From Callorhinchus milii (lineage: Eukaryota): a DNA stretch of 64,000 nt. The notes under the pieces were generated by a model. The model saw only the letters and a list, made by a program, of their open reading frames with translations, was not told where the DNA came from and did not search any database. Within the stretch, counting starts at the first letter, position 1, and each line of letters starts with the position of its first letter. The DNA is taken from contig NW_024704743.1 of assembly GCF_018977255.1 (NCBI RefSeq), positions 56,484,001 to 56,548,000 on the forward strand, in the 5' to 3' direction. The position numbers were made by a program, and so were the translations under genes. Positions 51,334-64,000 of the stretch are shown piece by piece.

Positions 51334-52992
51334 AATAGTGTTGGATGGGATTCAGTTGTGATGCCCCACCACAGTTGAATAACTTGTCAAGTCACACTGG
51401 TTAGCTTTGCACATGACTTAGGCAACGTGCTGGCAAGCAGCCAATGCAACTTAACCCATCATGCTTCACTGCTTTTAGTCAGAAATTTGATGGAATATTT
51501 AAGTGTAACTAAAACTCCTAAACCAAGCACTTTTCAGTGTTCTGTCGAGCAGAACCACAATTATTTGATTAACTGTTTGCATATTTATTATTCTCAAGCT
51601 AATACTTGATTTTAATCAGTATGAAAACTACTGTTATTTTATCATTTCATCAAGGGATTGAGTTCTACATTGCAGAACAGTTCCAGCAGCCCTGATCTTT
51701 TGTTTACGATGTGCATGGATTTATGATGTTTAAGAATTGTTTAAATATGCCTTCTCACCTTATTCTGACAATTCAAACTAACACACTCAGTATTTAGACT
51801 AAAGACCAAACTTGCAAATCGTTGCATAGCCATAATAGGATGGATCATGCTTGGGTGACAGAAAGGAAAATGAATTTATTCACACAACTTAAGTCTGATA
51901 ATTGAGCAAGGTTGACTAATTTTACCATTTATTTTCCCCAGAAAATGTTGCAGGAGCTGGAAATCAATGTTCAAGTAAACCCTTTCACCAATAGGTACCC
52001 ATACATAAGACTGAATAAACTACTCTTCATGCGATGTCCACCTAGTTTTCTGTTTTGTATGTAGCAAAATGTCACTGTTGCAATATTGTGAACAAAATCA
52101 AATCTGAAGGAAAAAAAAATCAGCAACTACTCAGCGACCAACTCCTACCATCAGGTTACTTTGCCACTGAATGTAATAATAACAATAAACTGTGCATTTA
52201 CTATAGCCTGTCACATTAGAAGGACAAAGTGCTTCACAGGATTTACTGTAACATTTAGTAACTTTGTGGAGAATGATGATGCAGCATAAATTGATTGAGG
52301 GGTATAATAGACATAGTATTGTAGGATCATTTACAGTTTGGGATCAACTAGAGTGGATCACAATGGTGGTTCTTGTTCCTGTGCATTCTTCTGGAGTGAC
52401 ATCTATATCCAGTACTGGCAGGTGATGGGAGCAGGTCAATTTTCCAGACTGGTTGGAGAAGAGTTTCAGGTAACCAGTAAAACACATATTCAATCACAAA
52501 AAAAAAAAAAATTTGCAATTTTGTTTAACATTTTCAGAAATTTATAGAAATAAGTCAGACTATAAGGAACACTTCTCACAAGGAGTTAATGCTTCATGGA
52601 TGCAGTCCTTAGCCCTTGTTGCATTTTATTATCACCCTCTGCTTGTGCTATTGTTTGAACAAATTTTGCCTGACCTTGATTTCTTACTGTACAATGTGTT
52701 CAATCATATTGAGCTCCATCAGGTAGTTTCAAACCCCTGTCATCACCCATTACAACAAAACTACTGCTAATGGCATGTTGATGATTTCAGTTCCTAGGCA
52801 CATAAAAAATGCGTCATTACCTGTCGAGTTGAAATCACATACATTTAATGGTGTTTGCTCAACACAAACGATTAAACATGTTTGGTTGCCATTAATGGGT
52901 TTACATTAAGAATCCTGCAGTCTAATCATTCAGTAAGGGTTGCACTAGAGCACTCATAAAAATCCATTATCACTCTGTTAAGTGAATGATCT

Positions 52993-53352
52993 AATAAAAA
53001 TAATCCTTGCATTTGATATAGCACTTTATCATGTCTTCTAGACATCTCAAAGTGCTTCACAAAATATACTGTAAAGTGAATTGACTATATTTGTGGGTGA
53101 AACGTGGCAACCAATTCCGCACAGCAGTGTCCTACAAACAGTTGTGGATAGAATGACCAAATTATTTTTTTTGAGGGATTATTATCCCCGGAAAAACAAT
53201 CCGCCAATTGATTAACAACTGGGTTCCTACTTGCTGCTAGGTAAACAGAGGCAAATGGAATAAGTAAGCTTGCCCAAAGTTTCGCCCAGCTGGGAATTGA
53301 ACCCAGGTGCTCTCGCTTGCGAGGCAAGTGCTCGAACCACTAAAAGCTACAG
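52993..53352 (-). mobile_element. tRNA-Ala-headed SINE (long subtype)
   Basis: full copy on minus strand. Confidence 0.88.
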
Positions 53353-53671
53353 AACATCTACCTTGCTTTTGCTTTTACATTGCCCAATATCAAACCCAGA
53401 CGTATCAATTTCTACTTACCTGTTACATTCGCTTCTATAACTATCAACTTTGATATGCTTTTGGCCCATTTGTTTATTTTATGCATTTGCTATTGACTGC
53501 ACATTTGAAGTTAGCAACCAGGGTTCAATGTCACCACTGTGATGTAATTGTCCTCAGAGACCAAGAAGCATCATCGGCTTAGTTTGCTTTCATTCACACT
53601 CCTGGAATCTAAGCCTTCATTTGCCCCCCTGGAGGCTCAGCCTGCAGTGTAAATACAACAATTTGCATTTA

Positions 53672-54005
53672 TATAATAATAATAATAATAATAATAATCC
53701 TTGCATTTGATATAGCGCTTTTCACGTCAGGAGGACGTCCCAAAGCGCTTCACAGAACACACTGTAAAGTGAATTGACTGTATATTTGTGGGCGAACGCG
53801 GCAGCCAATTGCACACAGCAATGTCCCACAAACAGTTGTAGATTGAAAATGACCAATTTAATTATTGTTTTTTAGTTTTGGAGGGATTATTATTAGGCTC
53901 TGTGTGGAGTAAGGAAACTTGCCCAAGGTTTCGCCCTGCCTGGAATTGAACTCAGGTCTCTCACTTGCAAAGCGAGTGCTCTAACCACTGAGCTACAGGA
54001 CTCCA
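53672..54005 (-). mobile_element. tRNA-Ala-headed SINE (short subtype)
   Basis: long (TAA)n tail, well-preserved head, lacks internal segment. Confidence 0.9.
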
Positions 54006-56555
54006 TAGTGCCCTTTACATAGGGTAGAGTCTCGGAGCACTTAATACCAGGATAGGCTTTTCATTAAGGACAGGGCAGATAAAACTATGCCTGCAGATGA
54101 GCGAAGCTGGATTCATCTCCACGCAGACAGTGAAATAAACGGCGGGTACTGGTCTAAACTGACCTGTTGAAGTCACTTAGGAAGATACCAGCACTGATAG
54201 TTAAACATTGACATGAAAATAAATGAATACATCAGCTCACCTGTGCGGCTGTTTTCTGTTGGGTTTATATTAGAGATTTGCTGTCACAGAGAAAGCCATG
54301 GGGAACATTGAGACACCCATGACTGAAAACCTTTGCCTGTTTCGTAACAGCTAACGGCCAACAATGGTATTTTTTCTATTAATTGTGTTTGCAAAACCTT
54401 TCATAATATTCCCCTGATTAACTTTACCTAAATAACAGTAGCAGAACTGCGGAAACTAGACTGGCAGCAAGATTGTCTGTTCTTCGGGCAGTTTTGTTTT
54501 TTGTCAGCCAGGTGGCTGACACACGCAGAAACAGTATCCAAAACAGACTGAGAATTCCATGTATGCCACCTACACATTGAAATTTTCCTATGTCTGGAAT
54601 GGAATGCACATTCTCTCTCTCTCCCTGCTTACCTTCTGAAGAGTGCTTAGAGCAAGTTGTCAAGAGCCAAGGCTTGGGGACCCAAGCTAAAACCACATGG
54701 TTAAACTCCAGTAGTACCCCACCATACATTTTGCTGCCTCTGCTGTTTAACAAATAAATGTACGATATTAGGAAAAAAATTGGGAAAGGGAATGTGTACA
54801 AAGTCATTTCATTGTGTACACAATGACATCCATGGACGTATCACCCCATTGTGTAAAAGGAGTAATTTGTTTTGTGAATGTGTAAACACAAATTTTGAAA
54901 ACACTATGATTTTAATGGTAAATGCTTAGGATGCCCAGAGTGGTATTAAAGTCAATTTAGGTGATCTGGAATTTAAAGAGGTGGTTTCTAGAAAGATTGG
55001 AAATTGCTAATGAAAACCATCCCCCAATGTAAGTGGGGCATTTGGGCCTGCTACTCAACATGCACAATATTAGGAAAATAGTTGTGAAGCATGACAATGA
55101 TATAGCACCTCTAATAGAATTAGTTTCACATTTTCCACTTACTTTCACATTCTGTTTATTACACAGCCTCAAGGGCTAGAAATGTCATTAATTGCTCTTA
55201 AAAAATATTTCCATTACCAATTATTATATTGTTTAAGGAATTTGTTAAGAGATGCCTGGGAGTCATTGCTATCATACAGAGCAATTACATGTCTGACATG
55301 GGGTTAGTCAGTGTATGCTACAATACGTAGGGCTCTGCCCTAGTGGAGGCACTGATATCAGGAGTCTTACTTTACATTAGAAAATATTTGTTCCGTTCTA
55401 GCTTAGTATTTGCAAAGTCCCGTCATTGTGTTCTTTGTGTGAAGCCTCACAAGTGTAAATAAGGGAGAAGGGAATAGAGACGTATGGGAGAGGGAATGAA
55501 GATGGGTGGAGCCTTTGGTGAAGTTTAAACACTGGCATGGAATAGTTGGTCAGAATGGCCTATTTCCATGTCGTTCTCTGTAATTCTGTGAGTGTGCAGA
55601 TGACATTGAGTATGTATGGCGTCCGGTGGGGTAAGCAATAAAATGAGACAGCAACTAAATCATGGTAGCAGAGACTGTGAGCTGTATTTGGATCTCAGGT
55701 AATGTCTCCATCAATGTGCTTTCCATTGTTCACTATCATTATTTAGAGAGTCTTCGTGTGTCAATGGTCAATTGTCAGCCGGCATAGGCACGATGTGCCG
55801 AATCGCCTCCTTCTGTGCTGTAATATAATAACAATAATCCTTGCATTTGATATAGTGCCTTATCACTCTATGATTCCATGGGTGTGGTGGTGGTGTTGCG
55901 TGGTGATAGGAGAGGAAGAATCCTGTGGCAAAACAGCTACAGCCAAGGCATCTGAAGCCTGACTTGCTTTGTTGGAGTGGTTGTGCCGGCCAGCATGGAG
56001 CCTAAACCAGATGGACAGTGTTGTGTTTGGATTGTAGCTTCTCTTTTATTTTGCCACCGTTTTCTCCTCAAATCCTCTCCTGCTTTATTAGAGGCGTTTT
56101 GGCTCCTTTGTCCTGACTACTATTCATGTGTGAGCCTTGGCCCTGGGTGGGCTGGCCCGAGGCTCGGTGTGGGCCAGCAGCATCATGGCTCCTTAACTGT
56201 GTTATTGATCATCAAGTGAGCTGTGCTCATTTCAGCCAATACATTAATTATAAGATAGCTAGCAGCAGATCTAAAAGGGAGTTAGGAGGAACTTCTTTAC
56301 GCAAAGTATGGTGGGGATATTGAATTCACTGCTGGAAGCTGTGTTTGAAGCAGAAAACATCGATGTACCTTATTTAAAAGAAAATGATGTGGGGATAAGG
56401 GAGGAAGGAATACTTGGGTTAGGAGATGTAGTATGTTGGAGTCAGGGCAGGTGTAGTTTTAGTTAAGTTCTCTTTTATTGATTTGGAGAAAATTAATAAA
56501 TATGAACCAGTCTCCATGTTAGTTCTCCCTGTCTACCTTAAACTCTGTGTTATGC

Positions 56556-57265
56556 GACAACAATTTGCATTGATATAATGCCCTTCACGCGAGGTAACAT
56601 CTCAGAGTGCTTAATAATAATAGAGATTGCTGCTGAACCAGGGAGACAGGGACAGTAATCATAGGCACGGTCAAAGAGGAAGGTCTTCAGGTATGATCTG
56701 AGGATGGACAAGGAGGGAATAAGTTGAAGGGAGTGAGGCAGACAGTTCCAGAGACTAGGGATAAAGTAGCTGAAAGCACAGCCACTGATGGTGGAGTGGA
56801 GAGGACGAGGGACGTGCAGAAGGCTGGAGCCAGAAGGGAGTTGGTAGAGATGTGGTACTTAAGCAGGTCGAAGAGGTAAGGAGATGCCAGGACATGAAAT
56901 GACTTGTACATGAGTGGGAGGATCTTGAAATTAATTTGTTTTGCCATATGGGGCCAGCGGAGCCTGGCAAGGACCCGGGTGATGAGATAGGGTGTTTAGT
57001 ACAGGTGAAGAAATAGATGGAGGAGTTTTTAATTAATTGGATTCTATGAATGGTGGAGCTGGGGAGACCAGTCAGGAGGGTAGCTGGTCGAGGAGGGAGG
57101 TGACGACTGCATAGATAAAGGTTTCAACAGTGTTAGGTGTAAGGTTTGGAGGCAGACGATGTGCTGCCAATGGAGGAAAGTTGTCCTGGTCAAGGACCGG
57201 ATGTAGGGTAGGGAGGACAGCTAGGGATTGAACCTACCACATGGTTTCACGCAGGTTCTGTTAGT
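56556..57265 (-). mobile_element. L2 LINE 3' end
   Basis: QINFKILPLMYKSFHVLASPYLFDLL motif and tail. Confidence 0.8.
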
Positions 57266-57907
57266 CTGTGGGATATGCCAAGGAACTTTTGGTGTCCTTG
57301 CTTTTGTTTGATTGTACTATTCCAAAGAATATAACAGGAAGGGGAAAGGCTTGTGTGGAGTATAAACACTGGCTTGGACGAGTAATGCAAATTACCTGTT
57401 TCTGTTGTGGGTTCACGTGTTTCACTTTGAGAAGCAGAGTCTATGGTGTCGAGACAGTGAGTATGTGTTATATGCAGTTTTACAAGGTAATAAATGAGGG
57501 TTCGAGGAGGCTACCTTTTGTACCTATTTGATCTCATCCTTTCAAAATATCTTCCTTACCATATTTCCATTACAGCTTCAAGCTGTTTGTTAAATGAATC
57601 CAGCATCCTGACCTATACTGTTTCCAAGTCGTGAATCGTGACTTTTTCTGGCAGTGGACCTTCCCGCTGTGGGGAGAACATTTTGGTAGACTCGCGATGC
57701 AGGTTTTGTAATGAGGGTTTAAACCTGATGCCAAATGCACAGCAAGAAACCGTTTACCCTGTTGTCTCCAGAAGCCTTAAGAGGACCCCAGGTTGAAGAA
57801 TAGTAAGTGCATTCTGAGCAACAGTACTCATTTGTATAGAAAACCAAATACAAACTATACCAAAAGTAAGTTTTACAAACAATTTCCTAGTCTGAGGTGC
57901 CACTGCA

Positions 57908-58690
57908 CAACAACAACAAGATTACATTCATATAGTGCCTTTCACATCAGGAGGACAGCCCAAGGCGCTGGACAGAGTACAGTATTTCAGACCCGAGCTG
58001 GGGTTGGGGGGGGGGGTAAGGGAGGGGAGGGGAAGGGGGGTGGCCGATGGCATGGTCGAAAAAGAGGGTCTTGAGGCGGGACTTGAAGGAGGCTAAGGAG
58101 GGGGTGAGGCGGAGTGACTGGGGATGGAATTCCAGAGGTTGGGGGGAGAGTGGCTGAAGGCTCTCCCGCCAATGGTGGGTCGGGTGGGTCGGGGGATGTG
58201 GAGCAGGCTGGAGCTGGCTGAGCGGAGGGAACGGGCAGATTGGTAGGAGGTCATAAGGTAGGGTGGGGCGAGGCCATAGAGGGCTTTGTATGTGAGGACC
58301 AGGATCTTGAACTGGATCCTCTGAAGGATAGGGAGCCAATGGAGTCGGGCAAGAGTGGGGGAGATGGGGTCACGGAGTTTGGTGCAGGAAAGGACACGGG
58401 CTGCAGAGTTCTGGATTATCTGCAACCTGTGGAGGGAGGAGTTGGGAAGGCCGACAAGCAGGGCATTTTCATAGTCGAGCCTGGAGGTGATGAAGGCATG
58501 AACAAGAGTTTCAGCGGCCTGAAGGGTGAGGTAGTTGAGGAGTCGAGCGATGTTACGGAGGTGAGGGAAGGCAGAGTGGATCATGGCTTGAATGTGGGGG
58601 AGAAAAGACAGTTGAGGGTCGAACAAGACACCTAGGTTCCTGACTGGCTTGGTGGGTTGTAGTGTGCAACCATGGAGGTCCATCGGCACA
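57908..58690 (-). mobile_element. L2 LINE 3' end with open ORF2 segment
   Basis: VRNLGVLFDPQLSF..AAETLVHAFITSRLDY..LHWLPILQRIQFKILVLTYKAL; (TTG)n tail. Confidence 0.92.
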
Positions 58691-59914
58691 GTGATCAGTC
58701 TTCAACAAATTCAACTTAGGAAAGACACAGTGGACTTGGGAGAAATCCAGTGATGATTTAATAGGATGGTACCTGGGATAAAGGAACAATGACTGGTCTG
58801 GACTGGTCTGTACAGGCAAGACTGAATGCTCTGCCTAGACATGGCTGAATGCTCCACCCAGTCAGCATTCTGTTATGCCTGCAGACACCATTGGAAAAAA
58901 TGGTAGCCGCTCCAACCAAAAATATATTGTCTCAACTGATGCTGCTGCTTCCAATAATGTTAGTGAAAATCACCTCTTTAGGAGGTTGTTGACACCTCAG
59001 GGGGCAACAGTAACATTTCATTTACCTTGCATCACACATCACTCCTGCCAAAAGCAAGGCTGCTGGCGATGGCAGGGCTGTGAGATAAACATGGCAGGTT
59101 TATACAGGACTGGGGGCAGTGCACAGGCTGGTACACATTGTTACACTGTAACTCTTTCACAACCAATTTCTGCTTTACAATCGTGACCCCTACAGAGCAT
59201 CAACTGGTCCTTTGTCGAACTAGTTGGAGCTCGTCAAAATACAATGGGACCCAACTGAGCTCCATACACGTGACCATGGGAAAACCCAAGACAATCTCTG
59301 TTGAACATCTTTAATAATAATGCTAATCATCCTTGCATTTATCATATTGTTGAGATTTCTCGAAAAACTTCACAGAATATACCTTAAGTGGGTTGACTGT
59401 ATATTTTATGGGTGAAACGCGGGAGCCAATTGTGCGATGTCAACAGTGTAAGTTGGTCAGTGGCTTCAATTTTGAAAAATGATGTTAAATGAAAGAGCAA
59501 ATGAAAGAGCAAAAGTGGAATGAGAATTGAATTATGTTCTTTATGTCTCTGCAGTATCCTGCCGTTCTCTCATTCCAAATCCCAGTCGATCTGGGAGTCA
59601 AGTGCCTTACAAACATTAAACGGTGTGAGAAACACTAAACAGACGAGAAAAGGCAATTAGTTCACCAAGCCTGTTCAGTCCACAACTACACAAAGTTTAC
59701 TTTATGGTGATTTTATTTGTCTCTCCCCCGCCTTTATCTCTTGAGGGATATTATTGTATAGATCCTGAATCTTCAACATAATTCCAGCAATAAACTCCAG
59801 AATAACAATTAATTTGCACATTTGTCTATTCAAGTGTGGCCTCACTCCCTCTACAAACATCTCACTCGCATTGTGTTTTCTGGACCATAGAACCATTGCA
59901 CATTTACAACACAC

Positions 59915-60228
59915 GTGGAGTCTTGTAGCTCTGTGGTTAGAGCACTAGCTTTGCAAGCGAGAGACCTGGGTTCAATTCCTGGCAGGGTGAAACCTTGGGT
60001 AAGTTTCCTTACTCCATAAGCCTAATAATAATCCCTCAAAAAAACCAATAATAAATTGGTCATGTCAATCCACGACTGTTTGTGGGACACTGCTGTGCGG
60101 AATTGGCCGCCGCATTTCGGCCACAAATATACGGTCAATTCACTTTACAGTCTATTCTGTGAAGCACTTTGAGATGTCTAGAAGACATGAAAAGTGCTAG
60201 ATTAAATGCAAGGATTATTTTTATTATT
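59915..60228 (+). mobile_element. tRNA-Ala-headed SINE (short subtype)
   Basis: full head with TTGCAA loop; no internal segment. Confidence 0.9.
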
Positions 60229-60229
60229 A

Positions 60230-60710
60230 CAAAAGGAAGGCTATTCACCCTGTTGTGTTTACGCTGGTATTCTAACCCCATTCCCCTGCTCTTTTCCTAT
60301 ATCTTTTCCAAGTGCTTTCATATGTCCTCCTGACGTGAAAGGTGGTGTATAAGTGTAAATTGTATTGTATATTATTTGTCTTCAATTATTTACCTAATTC
60401 CCTTTCAAACAATGTTAAGGAATTGTCTTCAACAACCCCCCCGGTAAGCATTCAATATTCTAAGAACCCTCTGTGTAAGAGTCTAAAGTGTTTCCTTCTG
60501 GCGATAAATCTTAATTTAAACCCTATTATTACTGAGTCACTGCTCAGTGGAAATAGTATCTCTCTATTTACCCTATTAAAACCATGAATTACTTTGAAAA
60601 CCTCTATTAGATCCACCCCTTAACCTTTTCTGCTCCAGTGAAAACAGTCCCAGTTAGTCAATATAACCCCACCATCCACGATATCATGAGTGAATCTCTG
60701 CTGTAATCAA
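60230..60710 (-). mobile_element. CR1 3' fragment with inserted L2 tail (60305-60372)
   Basis: CR1 3' UTR and ORF2-end-like sequence. Confidence 0.6.
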
Positions 60711-61039
60711 ATTCTGTACTCTCCCCATTTCTGCGATATGAAACTTTATAATTTGTCCTAAAATAACAACTGCGTTAATGATCCACAAGCCTATATTAAA
60801 CTCTGTTTCTTATAACTACAATATTCCAAATAAAGATTTAAGTCAGAAACAAAATCCAACTAGTCACAATCCTTATTTTGTTGAATTTACTCGGGTGATT
60901 GGGATATTGAAGTTCTTTTTGAGTTTTTTGGGAGAGTTTGAAACCCTACCACTATTAGATATGAAATAATAATGAAATCCTTGCATTTGATGTAGCGCCT
61001 TCCAAATTAAGACATCTCAGAGTACTTCACAGGATTCTT

Positions 61040-61470
61040 GATAATTATATTTTATTTGATAACGCACCTTTCACAACCGGAGGATATTTCGAAGTGCATC
61101 ATAAGATATACTGTAAAGTGTAGTGACTGTGCATTTTTTAAGGCAAGTATGGCAGCCAATTTATGCATGGCAATTTCCCCCTAAATGGCTGTGAAGTGAA
61201 TGATCAGTTTTATTTGGGGGATTCTTGGCTTGGACCTGGGGACAAAATCGTTTCTCTTTTCAAATAGTGCCATTGGAACTTTAACGTCCACCTGAACAGG
61301 TAAATGGGACCTTGTTTTAATGTCCCCGAAGGACAGCACCTCCATCAATGCAGCACATCCCCTGAACCGCATTACAGTATCAGTCTAAATTGCAGATTCA
61401 AAGCCCTCATGTGATCCACTATCTAACTTAGAGGGGAGAGTGCTACTAACTGAGTCAGGTCGACACATGC
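61040..61470 (-). mobile_element. Full-length DeuSINE nested in another SINE tail
   Basis: head, Deu body and tail; outer tail at 60965-61038 resumes at 61472. Confidence 0.82.
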
Positions 61471-62557
61471 TCTGTAAAGTGTGACGACTGTAAATTGTAG
61501 GCAAATGAATGAAGCTTAGTTACAAGCCTTCCATAATAATAATCCTACATTTGATATAGTGTCTTTCCTTGTCAGCAGTTTGTTTGAAAAAAACCCACAC
61601 AGGATCTAATGCAAAGTGGAGTGACTGTGTATGTCATGAGCGAATGTGACAGACAGTTTTTGAGTAAGGAATTCCACTTAGCAGGGAATTGTAGATGTGC
61701 TGCGGTAGGCGCGAGAGGGTTAACTTCTGATGTTGTTTTGGAGGTTCCGATGACTTGGCTGCTTGGATGTGTCACACAGTGATACTGGCTGTCAAGGTGC
61801 TGCTTCACCTTCTGCAGTGTCGCTTGATCTCTAGACTTCCTGTGAAGCACAATGAATCTTACATTAGCCTGATTGGAGTCAGGTGGCGTGCCATCTGTCA
61901 CCAGGCCTGAAAAAAGTCCTGGAGATTACCGAAATGCAACAGCTTCAACAATTTTCCAATACATTCATATTCATATTCCAACTGTGCTCGATAATTCTTT
62001 GCGCACTTTAAAAAAACATTTTCGCACCCAACCATTAAATGTGATAAATTACATTTTTTGGGTTTATTGAGAAAAAACTACATTAATTATACGCTGATCC
62101 GATGTTTAACATTTCAACAAGTATGATCATTTTATAATGTAAAACATGCTGTTTGCATAACAGATACAGAGCAGTGAAACTTAAGACTCACAGTAATATA
62201 GCCTCAAAACTGATATGAATAGGTAATGACACTCCAAACATTTTACTGTGGAAACACTATTAGTATCAGTAATTATTGGATGTATAATAATTAGTCCTGT
62301 ATAAGACTAATATTTCACAGCCAAAATAGTTACCCTTTTGCTCTGTAAATAATTATTTGAATTACCTAAGTTGTGTTATATGCACAGCCAAAATGTGCTT
62401 GTAACCTCCCAAATTTTAGGATATTTGAACTATAACCTCAGAATTGCCCTGCATTTATTGCCTTTTTTAAATCTGCATGTGAGCACTGAAACAATATATG
62501 GGATGGGAACACTACTTCCCAGAAGCTAAGGCATACATTTGGGGCTTCTTGTGGTGA

Positions 62558-62790
62558 ATAATAATAATCCCTGCATTTCATATGGTGCCTTTTCATTTCA
62601 GTTGGATGTCTCTCCAAGTGCTTCACTGGATATGTTGTAAAGTGCAGTGACTGGATATTTTGTGGGTGAACACAGCAACCAATTTATGCACAACAATATC
62701 CCACAAACAGCCATGAAGTGAATGACTAATTTTATCTGGGGCATTGTTGGCCAAAATACCAAGAGTAACTCCCTTCTCTTTTCAAATAGT
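62558..62790 (-). mobile_element. DeuSINE 3' half
   Basis: tail and Deu 3' part. Confidence 0.8.
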
Positions 62791-62959
62791 ACATATTAAT
62801 TAACTAATCAAACGTAATTTTGATTACAAAGTGAACCTATTTTCCCATGCGGAGAAGAGTAAGCAGAACCTTCTTTTACTTACAAGTCACAATAGAGGTG
62901 AAAATTTTGGCACTATCTGATAATTATAACTGATCTGATATTACTGACTTCAAGCCAAT

Positions 62960-63265
62960 GGGGGTGGGGAGGTGGCCGTAAGCACGGTTGAAGAGGAAGG
63001 TCTTCAGCCGGGACTTGAAAAAGGGGAGAGAGGGGGCAAGATGGAGGGATTGAGAGAGCGTGTTCCAGAGTTTCAGGGCATAGTGGCTGAAAGCGCGACC
63101 TCCGATGGTGGGGCGGAGGGTGCGAGGACGGGCAGGCGGCCGGTGCCAGTCGAGCGGAGGCGCCGGCTGGTGGATTGAGGAGTGAGGAGGTCGGAAAGGT
63201 AGGGAGGTGTCAGAGAGAGAAGGAATTTGAACACAAGTCCAAGGATCTTGAAATTGATCCGTTTG
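62960..63265 (-). mobile_element. L2 LINE fragment
   Basis: RINFKILGLVFKFL..PPYLSDLL..RRLRSTGTG. Confidence 0.85.
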
Positions 63266-63278
63266 TTTCTGATATTAG

Positions 63279-63512
63279 CAGCAAAAATATGGCCAAAATA
63301 TGTCAATACTCATTTGACCATTGACTTTGGATGGGGCGGGGGGTGCTGTGGAACAAACTTCCTGTATTCAACACAATTGCTGCTTGTGAAATCATCTCAA
63401 AGGTGTTATTAATCTCTATCTTCATTGTCACTGATTGAAGAGCAAGCACCCTTATTGCTGACAGCAAAGCACAGTGTTTCAGCAAAAATATGGCCAAAAT
63501 ATGTCAATACTC
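63279..63512 (+). repeat. Perfect 33-bp direct repeat flanking 168 bp
   Basis: cagcaaaaatatggccaaaatatgtcaatactc at 63279-63311 and 63480-63512. Confidence 0.9.
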
Positions 63513-64000
63513 TTTTTCTCAAAATAAAGAATTCTCTCAACCCAAGTCTGTATTTGTAGCGACACTGCGGGTCATGTAACTTACCTCTGGCGACCAGAAT
63601 AATTTTGTTTTGTTCGACCTGGATTCCCTATTAAGAAAAGCCTGTAGCATTTACAGTTTAAACCCCACATGTTTAAGCACATGATTCAGTCTCAGGAGGC
63701 TTCTGGTAATCACTGACCACTAGAACTGAAAACAGTAAAAATTTACTATATTTTCTGAATATACATTCTAACAAATAACTCATTCTGTAATGTGTTGCAA
63801 GCCAAGAACATATCTCAGGCTTGAGATGACATTCATATGCTGGTTGAGCTTCAATTTCATGGTTTAAAAGAAAACGAGTTTTCAGAAATTGTGTTCTCAT
63901 GAAAGATCACTCCCAAACCTTAACCTATCTTTCTCTGACAGATGCTGATCTACTTGCTGTGCATTTCCAGAGGACTTTCTGTTTGCATTTGAACCTCTCA

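Noticed and set aside
59915..59990. tRNA-Ala-like sequences
   Set aside because: No acceptor stem, and each continues into a SINE body; these are SINE heads, not tRNA genes
63279..63512. 33-bp direct repeat as a CRISPR-like unit
   Set aside because: Only two copies, a 168-bp spacer, eukaryotic context and no cas genes

Overview
Vertebrate genomic DNA, most likely a cartilaginous fish (inferred from the L2/CR1/DeuSINE repeat content and the ETV1 divergence). The + strand carries the last six coding exons of the PEA3-subfamily ETS transcription factor ETV1 (2169-2416, 9899-9967, 19883-19951, 23646-23815, 28841-28942, 29824-30045), then a long 3' UTR to a likely AATAAA at 33775. About 30 kb of gene-free, repeat-rich sequence follows. 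The most notable signal is an intact, frame-preserving 69-nt ETV1 exon whose 5' splice site reads AAG|TTGAGT (TT, not GT). Also notable are a modular tRNA-Ala/CORE-like/Deu/L2-tail SINE present as two subfamilies, repeated SINE-into-SINE nesting, an unidentified poly(A) retroposon, a hAT-like MITE and a strong CTCF-type motif. There is no evidence of prokaryotic systems, CRISPR arrays or additional host genes. Repeat boundaries are approximate and were read by eye.
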